From Verrucomicrobiota bacterium (GTDB lineage: Bacteria; Verrucomicrobiota; Kiritimatiellia; JAHIZV01), in the NCBI GenBank assembly GCA_018814445.1, contig JAHIZV010000113.1:12679-76678 (forward strand): DNA of 64,000 bases, written 5' to 3'. Of this stretch, positions 55,648-64,000 are shown one piece after another. Within the stretch, counting starts at the first letter, position 1. The number at the start of each line of letters is the position of its first letter. The notes beneath the pieces are model-generated. The model was given only the letters and a program-made list of their open reading frames with translations. It was not told the origin of the DNA and made no database searches. The position numbers and the translations under genes were made by a program.

Positions 55648-58506
55648 GTGAAAGTGAGACAGGTTCAGTTCTTCGTGCTGGCCGCGGTTATTGTCGCGCT
55701 GGGTTTCTACCTGCGCAGCGCGGGTGAATTCAGGGGGCTTGAAAGCGGTCACGTTTTTCATCCCGACGCAGCCAAGCAGGTGCTTGCTCTTTCAAACTAC
55801 CTGAACGACAGGTACGTCTTCTACGCCGACAGTTGGTTTTACGACGGCTACCCGTACGGCTTGAATCACGTTGACGAATGGATCCTTCGCCCCGTCTTCG
55901 CCCTGAGAAGTGCCATTCACAGACATCTGAACACCGGAACCCCCGCCCTCGGTACGCCTGACCGCAGCGAACTGTTCTACTGGGCCAGGGCTCTCCGCGT
56001 CTTGTACGGCATGCTGGTTCTTGTATTAGCCTTCTTCATCTCGAGACGCCTTTTCGATCGTCAGGGCGCCGCTCTCGCGACCGCACTCCTGTTTGCCCTG
56101 TCTCCCCTCGCCTGCACGGTCACGCATTTTGCGACGGGCGACATAGGTGTGGACTTGTTCATAGCCGGGATGCTGCTGACGATGTGTTTCTACGTTCGAC
56201 GGCCGCGCGCCGTCTGGATCTTCGTCTCGGGCCTGTTGTGCGGACTGGCTTTCGCGGCGAAATACCAGGGAGCCCTGGGCTTTTTCGTCATCGCCGCCTT
56301 CCTTCTGCTGGAATGGCGGCTACTCACTCGCAATGCATTTCTCCTTTTCAAACGAAGCGCGCTTGCCGGCGCGGGACTGCTCGCCGGAGTTCTCATGGCC
56401 ACTCCCGCCTACTTCATCAACCCGAAGCGCACATGGCACGATACCCGCATCAATTTCTCGCTTATCAAGAACTACGGCGTCGATGGTGAGTTCCTGAGTA
56501 AACCGTTCTTCGAGAAAGCGTGGTTTGGTCTGAGCCACAATACTCCTCGCGTGCTGGACTCGCTGGGCTGGATCGTGCTGATCCTGTGCGCGGCGGCCTT
56601 TCTCAGGCTGACCGTCGCCCTGGTCAGGAAGCGCAGGATGCTTAGTGAAGACGGAGAGCAGGGACCACGGTTGATTCTGACCTGGTGCGTTCTCGCGTTC
56701 CCCCTGCTCGTGATCCTGATGTCTGTTTCCCTTAAGCCGGCAGTCCAGCCATTCCATTTCTCGTACATCCAGTTGCCCGTCTGCGTCGGCGCCGTGTATG
56801 CCTTGCGTGGATTTGTCTTCAACGGAAAACGTTTCGGCTCTCTCGCGGCGTTCGTGCTCTTTCTGTTCGCCGTGATGGAATTCGGCAGCGCGGCCGTGAA
56901 AGAACAGTTTTTCTGGAGTCGCGAGGACACCCAGGAGGTCGCCTACTCATTCGCGCACCATGTATTTCATCAACCCACGACCGCAACGGACCGCGGTTCA
57001 ACCTCGACGGCCGTGAAGTACTTCTACCTTGAAGAGAACGACCTCGCGGTCTTTCGCAATCAGCCGTACCGCGTTCTTCGCCATGACGCGGACTTCTGGA
57101 ACAGCGTCGCCGTCACGCCCGTTCCGTCCATCCCCTTCCCTGAAGAGCATGATTGGATATTCATGAACGGTCCGGTCTTCCCGCGCAACGACAGGATGTT
57201 CAAGCTCTCGCAGGGCTCCCGAAACGGGAAGCAGTTGGTGTTCTACGAACATCCGCCGGAACTGACCATCGGCCTGCGGTCATCCGCGCGGCCTGTTGAA
57301 GTCCATGCAAACATAGGCGGGGCTAAGTTCACGGAGCAGCTCGATCCGAACGAACAGAAAGTGCTGACCGTGACCCCGCGGAGATGGAAGCGTTTCCGCG
57401 CCGCCGGACCGGACGGCAAAGAAGTATTCATTGTTCCTCTCACTGCCGACGTAAAGATCGGTGAATGCTGGGTCACCGTCATGCAGACGGATGAGGAAGT
57501 GGCCGCTTTCCGACTTTACGGCGGCGATTGTCCGGAGCGTTCCTTCCCGCTGGCTGAGGCCTGGACCGAAACAGAAGCCGCGACCCGGATGGACGAGATC
57601 GCATTTCTTCATTCCTCTGACACGGACAATGCGCTTGTCTCGACCGGACGCGTGTCGCTTCTCCAGCACGATATCGAGCTTCCCGCCGGCGAGTACATTT
57701 TTGACTGCACTGTGGCCGTTGACGGTGAGCGCGGCAGTCTGACGTTCGAACTGGTGGATCCTCACGGAATAGTCACGAAATGGACACCTTCGAATCTTGA
57801 CGCCTACCTCTACGGTGCGGCGTGGAAGAAGAACTGGAAGATCGACTGGGCGAAGCCCGAGTCCTTTGATTTGACCGCTGGGGTGCAGACCATGCGCTAT
57901 CGGTTTGCCAAACCGTTCGCTCCCTATGCGGTCAACATCAAGATAGCGGCCGGCGGAGACAACTGCCGCATCCTTGGCTGGAACCTTCGGCCCGATTCCG
58001 AATTACTGCTGAAACAGATCAGCGCTTACCGAACTGACGGAACGGTTCCTTCGTGGTGTGTCAGATCGCTATCCGCCGGCTGGGAGAACGAACGTGTTGT
58101 GAACGGGGTTTCTTTTCCCGGCGCTCTCAAACTGACCGGCTGCTCATTTCCGGAGCAGATAAAGAGCGGCGCACCACTCAGGTATTCCTTCAGCTTTGAC
58201 ATCGCGGACTGCGATATCCGCAACTACGAAGAACAGGTCGTCTTTGTTCATCTGCTGGACAAGGACGGAAAGAAGGTCGCGACATTCGACTATCCGATTC
58301 AGTTCACCCGCATCGGCTCATCTCCGACGCCCCTGATCGAGGCTATCGCGCCTGCGGATCTGCAGCCCGGCACGTATGACCTGGAAGTGGGCGTCTACAA
58401 TGTGAGAACGCGCATTCGACTGCCGGTCATTCTTTCGGAAGATGCACCCTTCAACGCGCAGCAGCATGCGGTTCAGTTGCAGAAGGTGATAGTCACCTCG
58501 CCCTGA
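55648..58506 (+). CDS. GT-C fold glycosyltransferase #4 (ArnT/GT39-like) with several periplasmic beta-sandwich domains
   Basis: FHPDA loop, AR.L..L.G, H.AT.D, GLAFAAKY; C-terminal VFVHL.D..G...D.P...DL.PG.Y.L.VG.Y Ig-like module. Confidence 0.75.
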   Translation: MKVRQVQFFVLAAVIVALGFYLRSAGEFRGLESGHVFHPDAAKQVLALSNYLNDRYVFYADSWFYDGYPYGLNHVDEWILRPVFALRSAIHRHLNTGTPALGTPDRSELFYWARALRVLYGMLVLVLAFFISRRLFDRQGAALATALLFALSPLACTVTHFATGDIGVDLFIAGMLLTMCFYVRRPRAVWIFVSGLLCGLAFAAKYQGALGFFVIAAFLLLEWRLLTRNAFLLFKRSALAGAGLLAGVLMATPAYFINPKRTWHDTRINFSLIKNYGVDGEFLSKPFFEKAWFGLSHNTPRVLDSLGWIVLILCAAAFLRLTVALVRKRRMLSEDGEQGPRLILTWCVLAFPLLVILMSVSLKPAVQPFHFSYIQLPVCVGAVYALRGFVFNGKRFGSLAAFVLFLFAVMEFGSAAVKEQFFWSREDTQEVAYSFAHHVFHQPTTATDRGSTSTAVKYFYLEENDLAVFRNQPYRVLRHDADFWNSVAVTPVPSIPFPEEHDWIFMNGPVFPRNDRMFKLSQGSRNGKQLVFYEHPPELTIGLRSSARPVEVHANIGGAKFTEQLDPNEQKVLTVTPRRWKRFRAAGPDGKEVFIVPLTADVKIGECWVTVMQTDEEVAAFRLYGGDCPERSFPLAEAWTETEAATRMDEIAFLHSSDTDNALVSTGRVSLLQHDIELPAGEYIFDCTVAVDGERGSLTFELVDPHGIVTKWTPSNLDAYLYGAAWKKNWKIDWAKPESFDLTAGVQTMRYRFAKPFAPYAVNIKIAAGGDNCRILGWNLRPDSELLLKQISAYRTDGTVPSWCVRSLSAGWENERVVNGVSFPGALKLTGCSFPEQIKSGAPLRYSFSFDIADCDIRNYEEQVVFVHLLDKDGKKVATFDYPIQFTRIGSSPTPLIEAIAPADLQPGTYDLEVGVYNVRTRIRLPVILSEDAPFNAQQHAVQLQKVIVTSP

Positions 58507-58520
58507 TTCCGTGATCGAAT

Positions 58521-61106
58521 CTACTTCGTCCTCGTGAACACGATGTTCCTGATCATCATGTCGGCGTTCCGCGAGTAGTCGAACACGAGGTCAAACGGGA
58601 GGTTTGACTTACGGGTGGACCACGCGCCCTGAGCGGGGGCGCCGGCGACAACGGGGAAGTCGGGACTGCGGATTCCCTGCGTCTCCAAATGGAAACTGCC
58701 CAGATCGACACCATCCGCGGCTTCTGTCTCGTACTCGACCGTCACCGCGTACTCGCCGTCCGTCAGCGGAAGTTTCGGACCGTAGAAAATGCCGCCGATC
58801 GGCTCGTAATCTGAGCGGAAACGAACGGCGGTCTCATCGCGGTCCGTATAGCCCGCGTGAAAGAAGAGCGCCGCAGGCACGGCGAGTGGTTCACCCGCCG
58901 CAATTTCAGGGAAGGTCCCCGAGCTGTATATGGCGACGTCTAGATCAACCGAACCTTCCTCGCACTGAATCACGGGCCGGACTTTGCGACTTCCCGACAG
59001 GTCTCCTATCGGCACGACGACCCAATGCCACGCGTCGTTGTCGCAGATGACCTCCTGTAGATTGGTAACGCCATTGTCCAGCCCCATGCGAATCGACAGA
59101 CGGCCGTGGCCTTTCTGCCTCAAACTGAAGTTCCCTTTCGGAGCCTGAAGATGCTCCGTCTGATACATCGCCACGGGCGGGTCCCCCACAGCGAAGCGAC
59201 GGAAGTGATCTCCGCTCGCGGAGACATCCTGGAGGACTATCTTCTCCGAGCCCTCGAACCACTCGAGTTCGAAACTGGCGAACGAGCACGGGAAGAAGAC
59301 GTTCCACTTTTCCAGCGCGGGAGGTTTCACCATGCCCTTTTCCAGTATCCTGAACGCCCAGACGTTCTGGCCCTGCTCCATGAACTCAAGCCGCGGATGA
59401 TTCATGAGCCGCCAGGCTGTATATCCCACAGGAAAGTAGCTGACCTTCTCAGGGAACGCGTCTTCATGCAAGAGCACGTACCTGATGCCGCGCGCGAGAA
59501 GGTTGTCGAGTTGATCATCGTCAAGCAGGCCGGCGTTCGCCGTTTCAAAACGATGGTAGACGTCATCGATGTAGTCCGTCGAAACAACGGGCATATAGCC
59601 GTTGATCATGCGAATGCGATAGAGCGATACGTAGTGCTCATAGAGAGAGGCCCACGAAGAATCACCGGGCCAGATGGGCAGAACGATCACTCTCGGGTTT
59701 TCCCCGCGAGTCTCCGCGTCCGCAGCAACGGCGGCGTAGGCAGGTTGCTGGTCGTCGAGCAGGCATATGGTCGGACGAATCTGCAGTTTGTACTCGGGCA
59801 CAGCCAGCAGAACAAAACAGAGAGGAATGGCAAACGACCACGGCCGCCCCGCCTTGCCGGCGCAAAAAGCGTTCAGCGACAACGCCGCCGCCACCGCCAT
59901 GAGTGGAGGAAGGATGGCGAAGATCTTACCCGTCTGGCGGATCATCTCGTAGGGAGGAATCAACTTGCGGGCTTTGACGAACAGAAATCCTCCCCTCGGC
60001 CCGCCGGGTCCCAGGGCAAGGATTATGATCGCGGCGATGCCTGCGAGAAGCGCGGCATACACGACTGTCTGTCGCCAGCAGTGCCGCGGATTCCTGATGA
60101 TCAGATACAGGTGGAGGAGGACGCCCGCGATAAGAAACAGGGGGAGCACATAGCCGATATATATGGCCGCATGATGTCCCAACCCGCGCCACTCGAACAG
60201 GCCTTGCGCGACGGGAGTGAACAGGGAGACTTCATGCAGACTTCGCCCGTGTTCGACGGTCGTCTCCGCTGTATCGTCACCGACGACCCCGAGGCTGAGA
60301 CCCAGCAGGCAGACGGCCATGACAGCCAGCGGGAGGCAGGCGACGACAATTCTTCGCCACGCGCGCAGGCTCTTCCATTGCATCTCCTCGTTCTGCAACA
60401 GAACGAAAACGGCCCAGAACGGAATGAGAAGGAAGCCGAAGAAGAACACATGCGCGTCATTTGAAAATGGAACCAGGATTCCGAGCGCCGCCACACAGCC
60501 GCCGAGGATGCGGCCCCGCCTGATCGCGGAGTCGATGCCCCACAGAAGAACGGGAACCCATGCCATTTCGAAACCCGTCGGACTGCCTCCGCACAGCGTG
60601 GCCCAGCGGTAGGGAAAAGCTATGGCGAGCAGGGCCAGCATCGCCGCGGCCAGTTCGCTCTTCACGAAACGCCTCAGCAGAAGCCACGTGAACAGATGCG
60701 TCATCCACAGCGAGATGAATCCCATCAGGTTCCAGCCCAGCGCCCGCCCTCCAAGCCATTGCCCGAGAGAGAAGATGAGTACGGAAGGCCAGTAGTCGAG
60801 GCCCTCATACTCAGTGTCCGCGTCGTCACCGGTATTGAATTCGTACAGGTTGTGAAACCACGGCGTGTGCCCCGCGATCATGTCGCTGACCAGCCAGTAG
60901 TTGTAGAGAAGTTGAAGATGGTCCCCCTGGAACATGCGCCGCATATTCCCCTTCTCGATATTCGTGGAGGAAGACGGCACACCATCGAGGACCACGCGAG
61001 GAAGAGGCCACGAGAAGAAAGCCCACACGCCCAACGTCAGCAGCAGCGCCCACAGCATCGTTTTTTTCGCAGACATGTATCTCCTCCGCAACGGGCTATC
61101 CTGCAT
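58521..61106 (-). CDS. GT-C fold (YfhO-like) glycosyltransferase #5 with C-terminal jelly-roll domains
   Basis: GDHLQ..Y..W loop, many TMs, INGY.P, LL.RGI.YV.LH, C-terminal FYGPKLPL..G.Y.V; alternative start 61076. Confidence 0.72.
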   Translation of the reverse strand: MQDSPLRRRYMSAKKTMLWALLLTLGVWAFFSWPLPRVVLDGVPSSSTNIEKGNMRRMFQGDHLQLLYNYWLVSDMIAGHTPWFHNLYEFNTGDDADTEYEGLDYWPSVLIFSLGQWLGGRALGWNLMGFISLWMTHLFTWLLLRRFVKSELAAAMLALLAIAFPYRWATLCGGSPTGFEMAWVPVLLWGIDSAIRRGRILGGCVAALGILVPFSNDAHVFFFGFLLIPFWAVFVLLQNEEMQWKSLRAWRRIVVACLPLAVMAVCLLGLSLGVVGDDTAETTVEHGRSLHEVSLFTPVAQGLFEWRGLGHHAAIYIGYVLPLFLIAGVLLHLYLIIRNPRHCWRQTVVYAALLAGIAAIIILALGPGGPRGGFLFVKARKLIPPYEMIRQTGKIFAILPPLMAVAAALSLNAFCAGKAGRPWSFAIPLCFVLLAVPEYKLQIRPTICLLDDQQPAYAAVAADAETRGENPRVIVLPIWPGDSSWASLYEHYVSLYRIRMINGYMPVVSTDYIDDVYHRFETANAGLLDDDQLDNLLARGIRYVLLHEDAFPEKVSYFPVGYTAWRLMNHPRLEFMEQGQNVWAFRILEKGMVKPPALEKWNVFFPCSFASFELEWFEGSEKIVLQDVSASGDHFRRFAVGDPPVAMYQTEHLQAPKGNFSLRQKGHGRLSIRMGLDNGVTNLQEVICDNDAWHWVVVPIGDLSGSRKVRPVIQCEEGSVDLDVAIYSSGTFPEIAAGEPLAVPAALFFHAGYTDRDETAVRFRSDYEPIGGIFYGPKLPLTDGEYAVTVEYETEAADGVDLGSFHLETQGIRSPDFPVVAGAPAQGAWSTRKSNLPFDLVFDYSRNADMMIRNIVFTRTK

Positions 61107-61218
61107 ATTGCACCGGAGCGTGTCCAGTCAGCAGGCGCATATACCTGATCGGGGCGCGTCTGCGATTAGGTGCGAACCCCGGCGAAAACACGACATGAGC
61201 CCATATTTTTATCCCTTT

Positions 61219-61275
61219 CTTAATCGTAATCCTGCTCGCAATCATAATCGATTAGGATCAGGAGGGAATAGGAGA
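61219..61275. repeat. Hexamer-periodic imperfect inverted repeat (CTTAAT CGTAAT ... ATTAGG ATCAGG) in a divergent intergenic region
   Basis: Read directly; the first 13 nt CTTAATCGTAATC recur exactly at 44993. Confidence 0.45.
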
Positions 61276-61397
61276 TCAGTGAAGTGTCTGCACTATCGAC
61301 CGCTCCGCGATAGCAACTGTTCCGCCCTGCACCCCGTGCAGGCGGAGAAGCAAAACTCGTCTGGACCAATTATCCGTTAGTCGCTACTGTCTGCGGC

Positions 61398-63389
61398 ATG
61401 AAGAGGGTGGAGAAACAACCGTACGCTGTCACAGCCCTGCTTATCCTGCTTGTCGCATATGTGATCGTGCTGGTGCGCACCGCGTGGGTGAGTGACGACG
61501 CGTACATAACACTGCGAAGCGTCGACAATTTTGTGCATGGATTCGGTCCGCGGTGGAACATCGCCGAAAGGGTCCAGGCTTTCACGCATCCGCTGTGGAT
61601 GTTTCTTCTGTCGGCGATGTATTTCGTCACGCGGGAGGCCTATTTCACCAGCATCATCGCCAGCATGGCCCTGTCCGTGGCCGCCCTGTACCTGTTGTTC
61701 TTCAAGATCGCGCGCAGTTCGACGAGTGCCCTTCTCGCGGGGGTCATTCTTGTCATCTCAAAGGCGTTCACGGACTACTCGACCTCCTCGCTGGAGAATC
61801 CGCTTTCCCACTTTCTCCACGCCATCCTTGTCATCGTTTTCTTCGCGCGCCCGTTCGACGGAAAACAGCTCACGAGGCTCTTCTTTGTTACCGCGCTTGC
61901 GGGATTGACGCGGCCCGACCTGGCGCCCCTTCTGCTCCCGCCGGTCGCCTACAGGACCTGGAAGTACCTGCGCTCGGAAGATGGTTCATGGAGCAGTCTC
62001 ATCAAAGCCTTCTTCATCGGTTTCTCACCGCTGATCGCGTGGGAGGTATTCTCGATCTTCTACTACGGCTTCCCCTTTCCAAACACCGCGTACGCGAAAC
62101 TGAACACGGGGATTGAGCGGTCGGATCTGATTCAACAAGGCTTCTGCTACCTGATGGAATCGGTCCGGGTCGATCCCGTCACACTGCTCGCCATCGGCTC
62201 GGGCATGGTGCTGACTTTCCGCAGGAAGGCTCCCGGCGAAAGGGCATTGGCCGGAGGCATCATACTCTTCTTCGTTTATCTTCTGCTGATCGGCGGCGAT
62301 TTCATGACAGGACGGTTCCTGACCTCCTCGCTGTTTCTGGCGGCGGTGCTGATCAGCCGGCAGGACATGCAGCCCGCGGAGGTCGCGGTCGGATGCGTGA
62401 TCCTTCTCATCCTCGGCCTCAACGCGCCGATGAACCCGATCAAGAGCGACGACAGCTACGAGTACAAGAACTTCTGGGCGCACAACGGCATCACCGATGA
62501 GCGGGGATGGTTCTACCAGGATACAGGCTTGCTCAAATACAAGCGGGAAACCGGGCGTATGCCGGTCGACGCGCATGTCGATTGGGGCCTGAAGGCGAAA
62601 GAGGAAGCGAAGGCGAATGGCGGGCGGCTCGTCCTGGATCACCCCGACGGCACGATCGGGTTCTACGGTTTCTTTGCGGGACCGACCGTTCACGTGATCG
62701 ACCAGTTCGCTCTTGCCGATCCCCTGCTGGCACGACTTCCCTCCGAGGCCAGCCTCACGCACCGCTGGCGTCCCGGCCACTTCACTCGCGTGGTCCCCGC
62801 GGGATATATCGAGACCCTGGAGACGGGAACGAACAGTTTCGTCGACAAGCAAATCGGCGAGTACTACGAGAAGCTGTCGACCGTAGTCAGCGGGCCGCTG
62901 TTCAGCCTGAAGAGATTTGCAGAAATCTGGAACTTCAACACCGGCAAGTACGATGACCTCCTGGAAGGCAAGATGGATTTCTATGCCAGCAAGTATGCCC
63001 AGCAGACCGGGTCGAGGGAACTGCAGGAGGGATCGCTCTCGGAGGCCGTGCTGATCGCGACCCCCGGCATTGACAAGACAGGATTCCTCGCCTTCGGCAA
63101 TCATCTGACACTGAAGCGCGGCAAATACATCGCCCGATACAGATTAAAAGTCTCCGAACTCGGTGACGGCCCTGTCGGCGACCTGGATATCTGTTGCGAT
63201 CACGGAAGCGCGACACTCGCGAACAAGCCTCTGACCGGCGCCGACTTCGCGGAGGCGGGCAAGTGGATCTATCTCGATCTGCCCTTCGAAGTCAAAAAGC
63301 GCAAGATCCGCGACGTCGAACTACGCTTCTACTTCTCCGGCGGCGCACAGATCTGCGTCGATACAATCGGCCTGCGCTGGGAAGATTGA
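61398..63389 (+). CDS. GT-C fold glycosyltransferase #6, AftB (arabinofuranosyltransferase)-like
   Basis: DDAYITLRSVDN...G.G..WN..ERV.A.T.PLW, TRPD, PNTAYAK, GGDFMTGRF, GITDER..Y, RPGH, all recalled AftB-family motifs; C-terminal jelly-roll. Confidence 0.78.
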   Translation: MKRVEKQPYAVTALLILLVAYVIVLVRTAWVSDDAYITLRSVDNFVHGFGPRWNIAERVQAFTHPLWMFLLSAMYFVTREAYFTSIIASMALSVAALYLLFFKIARSSTSALLAGVILVISKAFTDYSTSSLENPLSHFLHAILVIVFFARPFDGKQLTRLFFVTALAGLTRPDLAPLLLPPVAYRTWKYLRSEDGSWSSLIKAFFIGFSPLIAWEVFSIFYYGFPFPNTAYAKLNTGIERSDLIQQGFCYLMESVRVDPVTLLAIGSGMVLTFRRKAPGERALAGGIILFFVYLLLIGGDFMTGRFLTSSLFLAAVLISRQDMQPAEVAVGCVILLILGLNAPMNPIKSDDSYEYKNFWAHNGITDERGWFYQDTGLLKYKRETGRMPVDAHVDWGLKAKEEAKANGGRLVLDHPDGTIGFYGFFAGPTVHVIDQFALADPLLARLPSEASLTHRWRPGHFTRVVPAGYIETLETGTNSFVDKQIGEYYEKLSTVVSGPLFSLKRFAEIWNFNTGKYDDLLEGKMDFYASKYAQQTGSRELQEGSLSEAVLIATPGIDKTGFLAFGNHLTLKRGKYIARYRLKVSELGDGPVGDLDICCDHGSATLANKPLTGADFAEAGKWIYLDLPFEVKKRKIRDVELRFYFSGGAQICVDTIGLRWED

Positions 63390-63450
63390 CTGAGGAGTCG
63401 AAAGCCGGACGCGCCGTTTTGCGACAACCGTTCTACCTGAACCGCGCCAG

Positions 63451-63648
63451 TCAGTCCGAAGCGATCCATGTTCTTGCCTCATCGACTTCTGTACTGGCGA
63501 AATGCCGGATCGTCGCTGCGACAAAATGAGAGGTGATGTGTTCGGCGGCATCTCCGAGGCGGGAGTCCGTAACAACGGCTATCTTCTTGATCTTCCGATG
63601 GTGATCGCGCACGAATCGAAAATGACGAACGGCCGAACTCAAGCAGTT
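63451..63648 (-). pseudogene. 5'-truncated SpoIIAA-like (STAS/SEC14-type) protein remnant
   Basis: RFVRDHHRKIKKIAVVTDS....HF....IRHF...E...AR.WI is the C-terminal half of that family; the upstream part is unrelated. Confidence 0.6.
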
Positions 63649-63660
63649 CTTCGGCCTCGG

Positions 63661-63760
63661 CCTGCGGCGCATGCGTTGGCCCTGGGCCTGGCGGTTGTGA
63701 CCGGCAACGAGCGGGATTTCCAAGCCTTGGAGGTTTCTTCCGTAGCCGAGAACCGGGCTC
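63661..63760 (+). pseudogene. VapC/PIN C-terminal remnant
   Basis: AAHALALGLAVVTGNERDF...EN matches the PIN C-terminus; no N-terminal half or start. Confidence 0.55.
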
Positions 63761-63778
63761 ATCGAGACCGGCTACAGG

Positions 63779-64000
63779 TCATTGTTCGCTGTCGCACAGT
63801 GACTCGAACAGGTCGATACACTTCTGTGTGATGATATCGAGCGTGTATCTTTCGCGGACGGTTTTGTAGGCGGCCTCGCCAAGCTTCTCGCGCAGTGCGA
63901 CATCAGTCAGTAACCGCTCGACGCACTTCTTGAGGTCCCGGGTATTCCCCGGCTCCGTGACCAGGCCGTTCTTCTCGTGCTCAAGAATGTCGGGCAGACC
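63779..64000 (-). CDS. GT4 glycosyltransferase C-terminus (5' part beyond window)
   Basis: Not in ORF track; GLPDILEHEKNGLVTEPGNTRDL...LL.D..LREKLGEAA...V.ERY. Confidence 0.88.
   Translation of the reverse strand, partial: GLPDILEHEKNGLVTEPGNTRDLKKCVERLLTDVALREKLGEAAYKTVRERYTLDIITQKCIDLFESLCDSEQ

Noticed and set aside
63451-63831. Intact 103-aa and 109-aa ORFs
   Set aside because: Each is homologous-looking over only part of its length; interpreted as two remnants

Overview
64-kb bacterial chromosomal window, about 55-60% GC by eye. It comes from an LPS-producing diderm (lpxI/lpxB). A PVC-superphylum origin, e.g. Kiritimatiellae-like, is a low-confidence inference. Left to right: (i) a minus-strand Wzy-type polysaccharide export block (lipoprotein, beta-barrel, wza, wzc, priming sugar transferase, UpxY/RfaH-type NusG paralog) followed by a GbsR/MarR regulator cut by the window edge; (ii) a housekeeping stretch (comM/yifB, uvrD/pcrA, yihY, NUDIX, dgt, trpD, argH, dtd, prenyl synthase, sigma-54 response regulator) with odd passengers: a secreted ankyrin-CBM48x2 protein, a degenerate ABC-type ATPase, a pseudo-peptidase and a DUF4062/TIR-like protein; (iii) a toxin-antitoxin-rich patch around lpxI-gnnA-like-lpxB, with two vapBC modules, a small-protein/nucleotidyltransferase pair overlapping by 62 nt, and REP-like palindromes; (iv) a ~25-kb surface-glycosylation island (GT2-methyltransferase, AsnB, acyltransferase, methyltransferase-PIG-L fusion, epimerase, GT4) ending in six consecutive GT-C-fold membrane glycosyltransferases, one of them AftB-like. 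I found no rRNA, tRNA, CRISPR array or intact transposase. DNA-level oddities: a dispersed TTCCAA-N3-TTGGAA palindrome (5 sites with <=1 mismatch), a loopless 48-bp perfect palindrome, and several 7/8-mer tandem repeats at gene ends. All family calls come from recalled motifs, not database searches.
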